Shown here piece by piece: positions 17,659-26,160 of a stretch of DNA of 64,000 nt. The position numbers and the translations under genes were made by a program. The notes below the pieces were generated by a model. The model did not search any database. It saw nothing but the letters and a program-made list of their open reading frames with translations, and had not been told where the DNA came from. Position 1 is the first letter of the stretch; every line of letters starts with the position of its first letter. This stretch comes from Elusimicrobiota bacterium. GTDB taxonomy: Bacteria > Elusimicrobiota > Elusimicrobia > UBA1565. The stretch spans positions 33,363 to 97,362 of the forward strand of contig JACPXC010000023.1 of assembly GCA_016196755.1 (NCBI GenBank), read 5' to 3'.

Positions 17659-19892
17659 AACGCGTCGAGCGCGTCGAGCCGCTCGAGCAGCCAGCGTCCC
17701 ACCTCCTCGGCCTCGTCTACGCCCAACGGCAGGCGGCGGCCGGAGCCGACCGGCGGCAGGTCGTAGGCGGTTACCGACCGGTCCACCGCGTCGGCGACCA
17801 CCAGCCGGCGGCCCGCGGCGTCTAGCTGGGCGAACGCCGGCGCGTAGCTGGAGGCGACCAGCCAGGGGCCGGGTGGGACGGGGTTTCCCGGCGCGCGCAA
17901 GAGCGAGCGGCCGTAGGGGAAGCCCTCGCGCGCCGGCGGGCGGTCGAGAAGGGTGTAGAGGGTCGCCGTCACGTCGCTGAGGAAGGCCGGGGCGTCGAGG
18001 TCCGCGGCCAGGCCGGCGCGCAGGCGCGCCGGGACGCGCACGATCAGCGGGACGCGCACCAGCTCGGGCGCCACCGCGTAGGCATGGCCCCAGCGGCCTT
18101 CCTCGCCGAAGGAGTCGCCGTGGTCGGCGGTGAGGATCAGCACGGTGCGCTCCCAGCGTCCGGCCGCCTTGAGGCCGGCGACGAAGCGGCCCAGGCAGGC
18201 GTCGACGCCGTCGAGTCCCTCCTGGTAGCCGGCGTCGGGCGCGGCGCTGCGCGCCTGACGCACGGCGGCGTGGAGTTCGTAGCCGTGGGCGAAGGCGAAC
18301 AGCGGGGGGGCGGCGGCGGCCCGCCCGCTCAAACGCGTCCCGAGCGTCTCGAGCGGCGCGCAGAGGCCGCGGCGGTCGTCATCGGGCTCGCCGAGGAGGC
18401 CCGTGGCCGGCGGCGGGGCCGTCAGCGAGCGCACCGCCACGTCGGGCGTGACCAGGCGCTCGTAGCCCTCATGGGCGAGCAGGATCTCGAGCGCGTTCTG
18501 AGGGGCGTAGGGTTCGGCCAACGGCCTATGGGGCAGCCAGGCTCCCGTCCACAGCGAGGCTACGGCCAACACGGTGCCCGCGTAAGGAGTGAAGGCGTTG
18601 CGGAAGCTCAAGGACTCGGCCGCCAAGGCGTCGAACGCCGGGAGAGCCCGCGCGCCGGGGTCATAGGCCTTTAGGCGGTCGCGGCGCAGGCTATCGACCA
18701 CGAGGATGACGATGTCGGGCCTCTCGGCCGCCCGCCCGCCCCAGGCGCCGACCAGGCCGATCTCCACGGGCGGGGCCGGACGGTCCAAGGGCGAGAAGCT
18801 GCGCCGGCGCAGCGCCGCGAAGAGAGCTCCGTGGGCCTCGGCGCGCCGGGCGACGCGCGCCGCCGCGCGCGCCAGCGGCATGACGCGGACGGCCCGGGCC
18901 GCCCCGGGTTCCAGGGGCGCGATGATCCCCAACGCCGCGGCCGCGGAGACGAGGAGCAGCGCGAAGGCCGCGGCGGCGGCCGCGCCGCGGGAGAGCCGCC
19001 AGCGGCCGGGGGGCCCCGCGCGCGCCGCGGCAAAGCAGAGCGGCCAGGCGGCGGCGCAGACCAGGCCTTGTGCGCCGTGGGCCCAGTCGGCCGCCGATTC
19101 CAGCCGGGCCGCCGCCGCGGCGAGGCCGAAGGCCAGGATGGGCAAGGCGGCGAGGCGGGCCGGCGCCGGCAGGCGCGCCAAGAGCGCCGCCGGGTCGGCG
19201 GCCGACCAGGCCGCGGCGAAGGCCAGCGCGGTGGGGAGGGCCGCGGTCCAGGCGGCGGGGCCGGTGAGGCCCGCGCCTTCCAGCACGAGGCGCTGGAGCG
19301 CGTGCGCCGCGCCCAGAGCGCCGAGTGCTATCGTCGCTCGGCCGGCGTTCGCCCCGAAGCAGCCCGCCGCCAGCAGGCCGGCGGCTAGAGTCGCGGCTAC
19401 GGCCGCGAACAGCAGCGCGGCCCAGGCCAGGCCCCAGGGGCCGGGCTGCGGCCCGAAAGCCGCGGCCGCCAGCCATAGGGCCGCGGCCGTCGAGAACGCC
19501 GTCGGTAGACTGCCTCCGTCCTCGACGGCCGGCGCCGCCGTCCGGGCGGCGGCCGTCGGTAGAAACCAGAGGAGCGCGGGGGCCCATGCCGCGGCCGCGG
19601 CGGCCAGCGCGGGAGCGCCCGCCCGAGCCGGAGGCCATGCGGCGGCGGTTCCGGCCGCGGCAAGCGCGGCCGCCGCAGCCCAGGATCGGCGCTCGGCCGC
19701 CGAGAGCGCCCAGGCCGCCGCCGCCAGCCAGGGCAGGACGCCCAGGGCGGCTTCGACGGACGGCGGAAAATAGACCCAGGCCCCGAAGTGGGCGCCCGCC
19801 ATCCCGGCCTGTATGCCCAGCGCCCGCGTCCAGGCCAAGATTCCGACGGCCAGCCAGAGCAAGCCCGCCGTCGTCGCTATCGCGCGCCTCAC
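17583..19892 (-). CDS. Membrane-anchored sulfatase/LTA-synthase-like transferase
   Basis: Many N-terminal TMs; DIVILVVDSLRRD, NAFTPYAGT, ILTADHGDSFGEEGRWGH, VPLIV; GTG 19892 overlaps TPR stop. Confidence 0.85.
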   Translation of the reverse strand: MRRAIATTAGLLWLAVGILAWTRALGIQAGMAGAHFGAWVYFPPSVEAALGVLPWLAAAAWALSAAERRSWAAAAALAAAGTAAAWPPARAGAPALAAAAAAWAPALLWFLPTAAARTAAPAVEDGGSLPTAFSTAAALWLAAAAFGPQPGPWGLAWAALLFAAVAATLAAGLLAAGCFGANAGRATIALGALGAAHALQRLVLEGAGLTGPAAWTAALPTALAFAAAWSAADPAALLARLPAPARLAALPILAFGLAAAAARLESAADWAHGAQGLVCAAAWPLCFAAARAGPPGRWRLSRGAAAAAAFALLLVSAAAALGIIAPLEPGAARAVRVMPLARAAARVARRAEAHGALFAALRRRSFSPLDRPAPPVEIGLVGAWGGRAAERPDIVILVVDSLRRDRLKAYDPGARALPAFDALAAESLSFRNAFTPYAGTVLAVASLWTGAWLPHRPLAEPYAPQNALEILLAHEGYERLVTPDVAVRSLTAPPPATGLLGEPDDDRRGLCAPLETLGTRLSGRAAAAPPLFAFAHGYELHAAVRQARSAAPDAGYQEGLDGVDACLGRFVAGLKAAGRWERTVLILTADHGDSFGEEGRWGHAYAVAPELVRVPLIVRVPARLRAGLAADLDAPAFLSDVTATLYTLLDRPPAREGFPYGRSLLRAPGNPVPPGPWLVASSYAPAFAQLDAAGRRLVVADAVDRSVTAYDLPPVGSGRRLPLGVDEAEEVGRWLLERLDALDAFYRLPRGTGTSRSRIQAFEKAPRRT

Positions 19893-20725
19893 GGGAGCCT
19901 CGAGCGCTCGGCGGCCTCGGCGTCGCCGGGGGCCAGCGCGGCCAGCCGGGCGTAGGCCTCGGCGGCCGCCGCGCGCTCGCCAGAGTCCCAGAGCAGGCGC
20001 GCTAATTGGCGCTGGACATCGGGGTGCGCCGGCGCCAGGCGCACGGCGGCCTCGAGCCGCCGCCGCGCCGGGCCCGGCTTGCCCAAAGCCGCCAAGGCCT
20101 GGCCCTCGACGACCAATGCCCCCGCCAGGCCGGGATGGTGGCGGAAGACCTCGGCGCCCAGGCGCGCGGCCTCCGCGGCGCGGCCCTGCCGCAGGAGGAC
20201 GCGCGCCAGGGAGATGCCCGCTCCGGCCAAGCCGGGGGACGAGGCCCAGATGCCCGCGTAGATGCGGCTCGCGGCTTCGAACCGCCCGTAGCCCTCGAGG
20301 GCGTTGGCATAATGGAAGGCCATGACCGGGTCGCGCGGGTCGAGCTTGGCGCAGCGTCGATGCGCCGCCAAGGCGCGGCCGGGGTCCCCCATCCTGTGAT
20401 AGGCGTTGCCGAGCAGCGGGCAGGCCTCGGTCGGATGAGCAGAGAGAAGAAGGACGCGCTCGGCCGACGCCGCGGCGCCGGCGGAGTCGCCCGTGGCGTA
20501 GAGCAGCTTGGCTTCCTCGAGCAGCAGGACCGGCTCGTCGGGCGTCCCGGCCAGCAGGGCGCGGACCAGCGGCAGGGCCTCGGCGTCTCTGCCGCGCGCG
20601 GAGAGGTCCTTGGCCCGGCTCCATAGGCCGGCGCTGGAGGCCCCGCCCGAGAGCCCGGCCAAGGACGAGGCGGCCGCCATGGCCGCGGCGAGGAGCAGCA
20701 GGGGCGCGGAAAGGCGGGCGCTCAC
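19889..20725 (-). CDS. Tetratricopeptide repeat protein with N-terminal signal/TM
   Basis: Repeated TPR-like helices (LGNAYHRMGD..ALAAHRRCAKLDP; LARVLLRQGRAAEA). Confidence 0.8.
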   Translation of the reverse strand: MSARLSAPLLLLAAAMAAASSLAGLSGGASSAGLWSRAKDLSARGRDAEALPLVRALLAGTPDEPVLLLEEAKLLYATGDSAGAAASAERVLLLSAHPTEACPLLGNAYHRMGDPGRALAAHRRCAKLDPRDPVMAFHYANALEGYGRFEAASRIYAGIWASSPGLAGAGISLARVLLRQGRAAEAARLGAEVFRHHPGLAGALVVEGQALAALGKPGPARRRLEAAVRLAPAHPDVQRQLARLLWDSGERAAAAEAYARLAALAPGDAEAAERSRLP

Positions 20726-20791
20726 TCGGAGATTAGAGCAAAGCGCGGCGGACTTCACACCGGCGCGGAATTTTTGTCAAATCCGGTCGTC

Positions 20792-21208
20792 ATGGAAGGA
20801 GCCTTGGGTCGGTCTTTGAAGGAGAAGGTCGCCGCGCAGCTCAAAGGGGCGGCCGACGCGCCGGCGCGCGCCGGCGGCATGGTCCAGGACGCGTTGACCG
20901 CCACGGGGCTGCGCGGTTCGGCCGCGGCTGGCGCGGTGCGCGAGGCCTGCGCGGGTGCTTTGACCGGGCTCTACCTGGCCGAGGCCGACCTGCCGGCCTG
21001 CGCGGTGGGAATCCTGCGCGCCGTCAACGACTGGGCCGGCTCGGCCGGCCTCGACGCGATGGAGGCGCTCATGGCGGCGGTCGACGGACTGGCCCGGGCG
21101 TCGCGCAACCTGGCCCCGACCGACGTCGACGCCGTGCGCGCCCGCATCGATGCCGCCTTCGACGGCGCCGGGCAGGCCTTCAGCGACGCATGCCACAAGG
21201 CGGACTGA
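20792..21208 (+). CDS. Hypothetical alpha-helical protein
   Basis: Fills intergenic gap with host codon usage. Confidence 0.6.
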   Translation: MEGALGRSLKEKVAAQLKGAADAPARAGGMVQDALTATGLRGSAAAGAVREACAGALTGLYLAEADLPACAVGILRAVNDWAGSAGLDAMEALMAAVDGLARASRNLAPTDVDAVRARIDAAFDGAGQAFSDACHKAD

Positions 21209-21220
21209 GCCGCCTGGCTG

Positions 21221-21661
21221 TTATCGGCCTTTCGGCCGCGCTTGGCAGTAATCCGCGAAGTAGCGCAGGTAGGCGTCTTCCTCGAACACTTCGCCGAGGA
21301 TGCCGGCGAAATCCGAAAGGCTGACCATCCCCACGGGACGGCCGCCGTCGACGATGGGGACGTGCCTGAAGCGCCGCGCCGCGAGCAGCTCGAAGACCCG
21401 CTCCACCGGCTCGTCGACCCCTACCGTCTGCGGGTCGCGGGTCATGACCCGGGAGACGGGCGTGGCGGCCGGGGGCAGTTCGTCCGGGACGACACGCGTC
21501 AGCAGGTCGCGCTCGGTGAAGATCCCGGCCAGCGTCCCGCCCTCGACGACGAGGACGCAGCCCACGCGCTTGTCCCGCATGAGCCGGCAGGCCGACAGGA
21601 CGGAGTCTCCGGGCGCGACAGAGATGACGGAGCAGCAGAGCATGCGGGCGGTGCGTTCCAT
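21221..21661 (-). CDS. CBS domain pair protein
   Basis: VGCVLVVEGGTLAGIFTERDLL, VSRVMTRDP, RHVPIVD..VGMVSLSD. Confidence 0.9.
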   Translation of the reverse strand: MERTARMLCCSVISVAPGDSVLSACRLMRDKRVGCVLVVEGGTLAGIFTERDLLTRVVPDELPPAATPVSRVMTRDPQTVGVDEPVERVFELLAARRFRHVPIVDGGRPVGMVSLSDFAGILGEVFEEDAYLRYFADYCQARPKGR

Positions 21662-21725
21662 TGCCGGATTCTAACAAGAACGCGCCCGCCTTGCGCCTTT
21701 TCCGGCCTCCCGCTACACTCACAGC

Positions 21726-23469
21726 GTGCCCGAAGCGATCCGCAACGACCCCGTCCTGCGCAAGCGGCGCGAGGCGGCCGAGACGATGCTCGCCGCCTTG
21801 GTCAAGGGCTCGCGCACGATCATCCTCTACGCGCCGGGCCACACCCTCATCGGCCAGATCGTCGAGCGCGTGCGGACCCTGCTCCTGGCCGCCGTGGGCG
21901 AGGAGCCGAACATCCAGCTCGACGTCAAGGCCAAGCAGATCATCCTCGAGGACGAGCCGCTGGCCGACCTGCCGGAGCTGACCACCCTTGCCGTCGCGCT
22001 CCACACCTTGGGGATCGGGCAGATCCTCCTGACCGCCCGCGTGTCGGTCGAAAGCCTTGAGACGTTCATGCGCGCCCTGAACTGGAAGCCCGACGAGAAG
22101 CGCACGCTCACCGACCTGCAGAAGGCCGTCCAGGAGACCCGCCTCGACGGGCTCCAGCTCATCAGCATCATGAGCTTCGTGGCTACGGGCGAGGAGGAAG
22201 AGTCGACCCAGCGCCCGGGCGGCCTGAGCGAGGGTGAGCTCCAAGCCCTCGAGGCCGCGGCGGACCTGCCGGACTTCCTGCACATCCTCCTGCGGCGCAA
22301 CGAGCTGCTATACAGCCGCGAGGCCGAGGCGTTGTCGGCGCTCTACGACCAGGCGCTGACGGGGGAGTTGGCGGCCGAGGAGTTCGAGGCACAGATGCCT
22401 TGGGCGCTCTACGACCCGCGGGTGCGTGCGCGCTGGGACGTCTTCCGCGCCGGGTTGGCGGGACGCGTGAAGTGGACCTCCCGGGACCTGGTCTCCGAGC
22501 TGGCGCTGGCCACCAAGGCCGACCGCGCGGCGCTGGCCGACCATCACGCGCACGACGGCTCCGCCTCGGCCGAGCACGCGCTCAAGACGGTCCATGCCCT
22601 GCTCGACGCTCCGGTCGGGGAGCGCCAACCGCGCTTCGCCCTGCAGGTCTACCGGAGGCTGCTCGAGGACATGGCCCGTTCGGGCCGCTTGCCGGCGCTG
22701 CTGACCGAGTACCGCCTCTGGCAGGCCCGCGCCGCCGACCCGCGCTGGGGCGCCTATCTCGCGGCCCTGCGCGACGACATCGAGCGCCTCACGCCCACCC
22801 CGGCCGTCGCCGAGGCGGCGGTGGCGCGCCTGGGCGAGCGCTCCGGCGACGCGGACGCCTTCGAGGAGCTGGCGGGCTTCCTGCTCAACTGCGGCCCCGC
22901 GGTCATGGCGCCGCGCGAGGCTGGCCCGCCGCCTGGGCACCGGGGCCGTGGCCGAGGCGCTCAAGGACGAGGACTATTTCGTAGTCGTGCAGGCCCTGGC
23001 GATATTAGACGAGGTCGGCGGTCCCGAGCTGGTCGCCCGCGCCGCGCCGCTTCTGCGCCACGGCCACGCGAAGGTGCGAACCGCCGCCATCCGGGTGCTC
23101 GGCAAGGCGGGGGGGGAGGAGGCCGCCAAGGCCCTGGCCGCGGCCATCGCCTCGGGGGACCATGGCGACGAGGCCAAGCTGGCGGCCACGTCCCTCTCGC
23201 TCATAACGGGGGTGGAGGCCGACAAGAAGCTCCTGGCCGCCTACCGCGCCAACGACAGTTATGAGACGCGGGTGGCCATCGTCACGGCCCTGAGCCGCTG
23301 CGGCACGCATGAGGTCGAGGCGTTCCTCGTCGCGGTCACCAAGCAGACCTTCATGGAGTGGCTCAAGGGTCTCTTCGGCTGGCTGACCGGGGCGCCCAAG
23401 GACCTGCGCGAGGCCGCCCTGCACGCGCTCGAGGACGTCCGTAAGGAGCTCCGTGGCGCGAAAGGCTAG
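21726..23469 (+). pseudogene. HEAT-repeat protein split by an apparent frameshift/deletion near 22910 (or sequencing error)
   Basis: Frame of 21726 loses protein-like character after 'NCGPAVM'; HEAT repeats continue in another frame (22912-23469: EDYFVVVQAL...VRTAAIRVLGK). Confidence 0.55.
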
Positions 23470-24910
23470 GAAGTCCCGCGCCGGGCTCGAGCGCTGGAAG
23501 AACTTCGTCGAGTGCCTGCGGCTCATGAACTTCGCCTTTACGAACGTGCGCCTCTACCCGCCCGCCCATGCCAGCGTCACCGAGACCCTGACCGCGCTCC
23601 AAGCCGGCCTGGCCAGCCTCCTCGAGGAGCAGGAGGACGTCGGGTACGGCTTTATGGACGAGATGCTCTACGTCGAGGGCGCGATGAGCCTCGAGGAGAC
23701 CCAGAAGAACGAGATGCTCGTCGAGCGCTTCGCGCGCTGCCGGGTGAAGTACCTCACCATCGAGAAGGGGATCGAGCGCGCCGACCTCCTCAAGTTCTTC
23801 GTCGCGCTCAACGACGAGTCCAAGAAGAGCCAAGCCGACCCGCCGTCGGAGGTCATCGCCCGGGCCGGGGTCGAGCACATGCACGTCGTCGAGGCCGAGG
23901 TCGCCGATACGGAGAGCAAGTCGAAGCTGGCGCGCCGCAAGACCCTGCTCGACTGGTACGAGCGGGCCTGCGGCGTCGTCAAGGACGTCCAAGCCCAGCT
24001 CTTCAAGGGGCCGGCCGCGGACCTCAGGCCCCTCTACCGCGTGGCCGACGACCTGATGGCCACGGTGCGCACGAAGGGCTTCGAGCCGCTGCCCCTGGTC
24101 GCCCGTCTAGGCGCCGCCCCCGACCCGCATATCGGCCACGCCGTCAACGTGGCCATGCTGTGCTGCTCGTTGGGGGAGCTCCACGGCCTCAACTCGGGCC
24201 AGCTCCAGACCCTCTGCGCCGCGGCCTTCCTCCATGACATGGGGCGCTGCGTCATCCCTCCGGAATGGACCAAGACCGGGGCCCCGCTATCGCTCTTCGA
24301 GCGCTCGGTCGTCCACCAGCACGCCTCGTGGGGCTTCCTCCTGTTGGCGCGCTGCCCCGAAGTCCCGCCGCAGCTGGCCGTGCTGGCGGGGCGCCACCAC
24401 GACGATCCGTGCGCGGCGCGCACCGACGGCTACGCCTCCGACGTCTTCCACCGCATCCTCCACGCCGCCGACGTCTATGACCTGGCGACCTTCAGCGACG
24501 CGCGCTACTGGCGCAAGCACCGTCCCGACCGCATCCTCCGCCACATCATGCGCCGGCGCGCCGTGACGGCCGACGCCGCCGTCGTGAAGCTCCTCGGCCG
24601 CCTGGTCGGTTGGTACCCGGTCGGCGCGCTGGTCTCCCTCGACGACGGGCGCCGCGGCGTCGTGGTGCGCTCCAATCCCACCCACCCCGGTCGGCCGAAG
24701 GTCTGCCTGCTGGGGGAGGAGGGCGCGCTGCCGGAGGGCGCCCCGGAGGGCTTCGAGGCGCCGCCCGTCGTGGTCGACTGCCTGGACCCGGACGCCGGCG
24801 GGCTGGGATTCGCGCACGGCGTGGCCGCAGTCCTCGGCACGGACACCGACCCCGAGGCGCGCGCCTGGCTCGAGCGCAAGAAGGACTACCTGGTCGGCTA
24901 CGGGATCTGA
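23453..24910 (+). CDS. HD-GYP-like phosphohydrolase
   Basis: HAVNVA, AAFLHDMG, HH, ADVYD, C-terminal YPVGALVSLDDG; GYP loop degenerate. Confidence 0.8.
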   Translation: MARKARKSRAGLERWKNFVECLRLMNFAFTNVRLYPPAHASVTETLTALQAGLASLLEEQEDVGYGFMDEMLYVEGAMSLEETQKNEMLVERFARCRVKYLTIEKGIERADLLKFFVALNDESKKSQADPPSEVIARAGVEHMHVVEAEVADTESKSKLARRKTLLDWYERACGVVKDVQAQLFKGPAADLRPLYRVADDLMATVRTKGFEPLPLVARLGAAPDPHIGHAVNVAMLCCSLGELHGLNSGQLQTLCAAAFLHDMGRCVIPPEWTKTGAPLSLFERSVVHQHASWGFLLLARCPEVPPQLAVLAGRHHDDPCAARTDGYASDVFHRILHAADVYDLATFSDARYWRKHRPDRILRHIMRRRAVTADAAVVKLLGRLVGWYPVGALVSLDDGRRGVVVRSNPTHPGRPKVCLLGEEGALPEGAPEGFEAPPVVVDCLDPDAGGLGFAHGVAAVLGTDTDPEARAWLERKKDYLVGYGI

Positions 24911-26031
24911 GCGCGCGCAGCGAGGAGGCGGGACTCCTCGTGCGCGTAGAAGACGTCCTCGTAGGACCCCGTGGAGCCGTCGGCCCGGATGAACCGCGCG
25001 CCCTCGCGGCGGAGCACGTCGTTGCCCTGGCCGTCGAAGTTGAGGACCCGGTGGGTCGTGCCGTCGGCGAGGAAGATTTCGCTGACCCCGGCTTCCTTCG
25101 GGGACAGGACCTTCTTGGCCCAGCCGCCCACGCGGAAGGCCAGCCCATAGCGGCGATGCAGGCGCTCGAGGTCCGCGCGGTCGAGGCGCCGTCCGGCGAG
25201 CCGTCCCGTCGCCAGCACGCCCTGCTCCTCGGCCCGGAGGAGGAAGGCCTCTAGCGCCTGGAAGCCGTCCCGATAGGTCTCCGAGCGGCCGCCGCGGATG
25301 CGGGAGTCGAAGCCGAAGAGCTCCCGGCCGCTCTTGCCGGCCTTGCCGTCGCCGTCGGCGTCGAAGACCAGCGCGGCCGTCCCGGAGGCCAGTTCGTGGA
25401 TGGCGACCGGCCGGCCGTCGCCGCGGACGTCGAAGCGGGTCAGGAGGTTGGTCGTCCGGACCCCCGCTCCCGATAGGTCGAAGACCAAGGGGTCGGCCAA
25501 CGCCCGGTCGTTGACCGCGCCGTCGGCTTCGCCGTTGGCCGCCCGCCGGGCGGCTTCGATCCGCTCCGCCCGGGCGGGGGCGGCGGCGTTGCCCATCCAA
25601 AGGAGGCCGGCCCGCGCCGAGCGCGGTCTCAGGCTCGGGCGAGACAGCAGGTCTTCGACCAGGGGGGGGCCGTCGTTGAAGCTGACAGTGTCGGCTGGTG
25701 CGGTCGATCGGAGCCGGGGCGCCGGTGCCGCGAGCTTCTGCGGAGAAGTCCGGGGGAGCTCAAACGGAATCAGGCCCGCGTCCTGGGGGTGCGGGAGGGC
25801 CGCTTCAGGTGCCCGGGCGGCGGCGGGCGCCATCGGCGCTAGCCGCGCGCGGCCGACGACGAACAAGGCTGAGATGCAGGCGGCCGCCATCGCCGCGCCG
25901 GCCAAAGCCCCGACCAGGTATTCGGGCCCGGTGCTCGGCGCCGCGGGAGCCGCCGCGAAGGGGCTCCGGGCCGGCGCCTCCGACGTCGCCGGGACCGCCT
26001 TTCTCACGCTGACGCTTTGACCGTAGCTCAT
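24898..26031 (-). CDS. Membrane-anchored protein with DPLVFDL/EF-hand-like module of the type seen in RTX-associated proteins
   Basis: N-terminal TM; DPLVFDLSGAGV, FDVRGDG, DADGDGK..GRELFG, DGFQALE, FDGQGN. Confidence 0.6.
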   Translation of the reverse strand: MSYGQSVSVRKAVPATSEAPARSPFAAAPAAPSTGPEYLVGALAGAAMAAACISALFVVGRARLAPMAPAAARAPEAALPHPQDAGLIPFELPRTSPQKLAAPAPRLRSTAPADTVSFNDGPPLVEDLLSRPSLRPRSARAGLLWMGNAAAPARAERIEAARRAANGEADGAVNDRALADPLVFDLSGAGVRTTNLLTRFDVRGDGRPVAIHELASGTAALVFDADGDGKAGKSGRELFGFDSRIRGGRSETYRDGFQALEAFLLRAEEQGVLATGRLAGRRLDRADLERLHRRYGLAFRVGGWAKKVLSPKEAGVSEIFLADGTTHRVLNFDGQGNDVLRREGARFIRADGSTGSYEDVFYAHEESRLLAARAQIP

Positions 26032-26112
26032 GGCCCCCCCGTCCTGGCCTCAGTATGCGCGCGGAGCGTCGCCGGTTTGTTTCGGGAGGTTAAGAATCAC
26101 GTAAGAACCAAT

Positions 26113-26146
26113 GAAAAGGCCCCCGCCTTTCGGCGGGGGCTTTTTC
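26113..26146. terminator. Rho-independent terminator downstream of nrdJ, potentially bidirectional
   Basis: GAAAAGGCCCCCGCC-TTTC-GGCGGGGGCTTTTTC. Confidence 0.85.
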
Positions 26147-26160
26147 ACGCTCAGGCTAGG

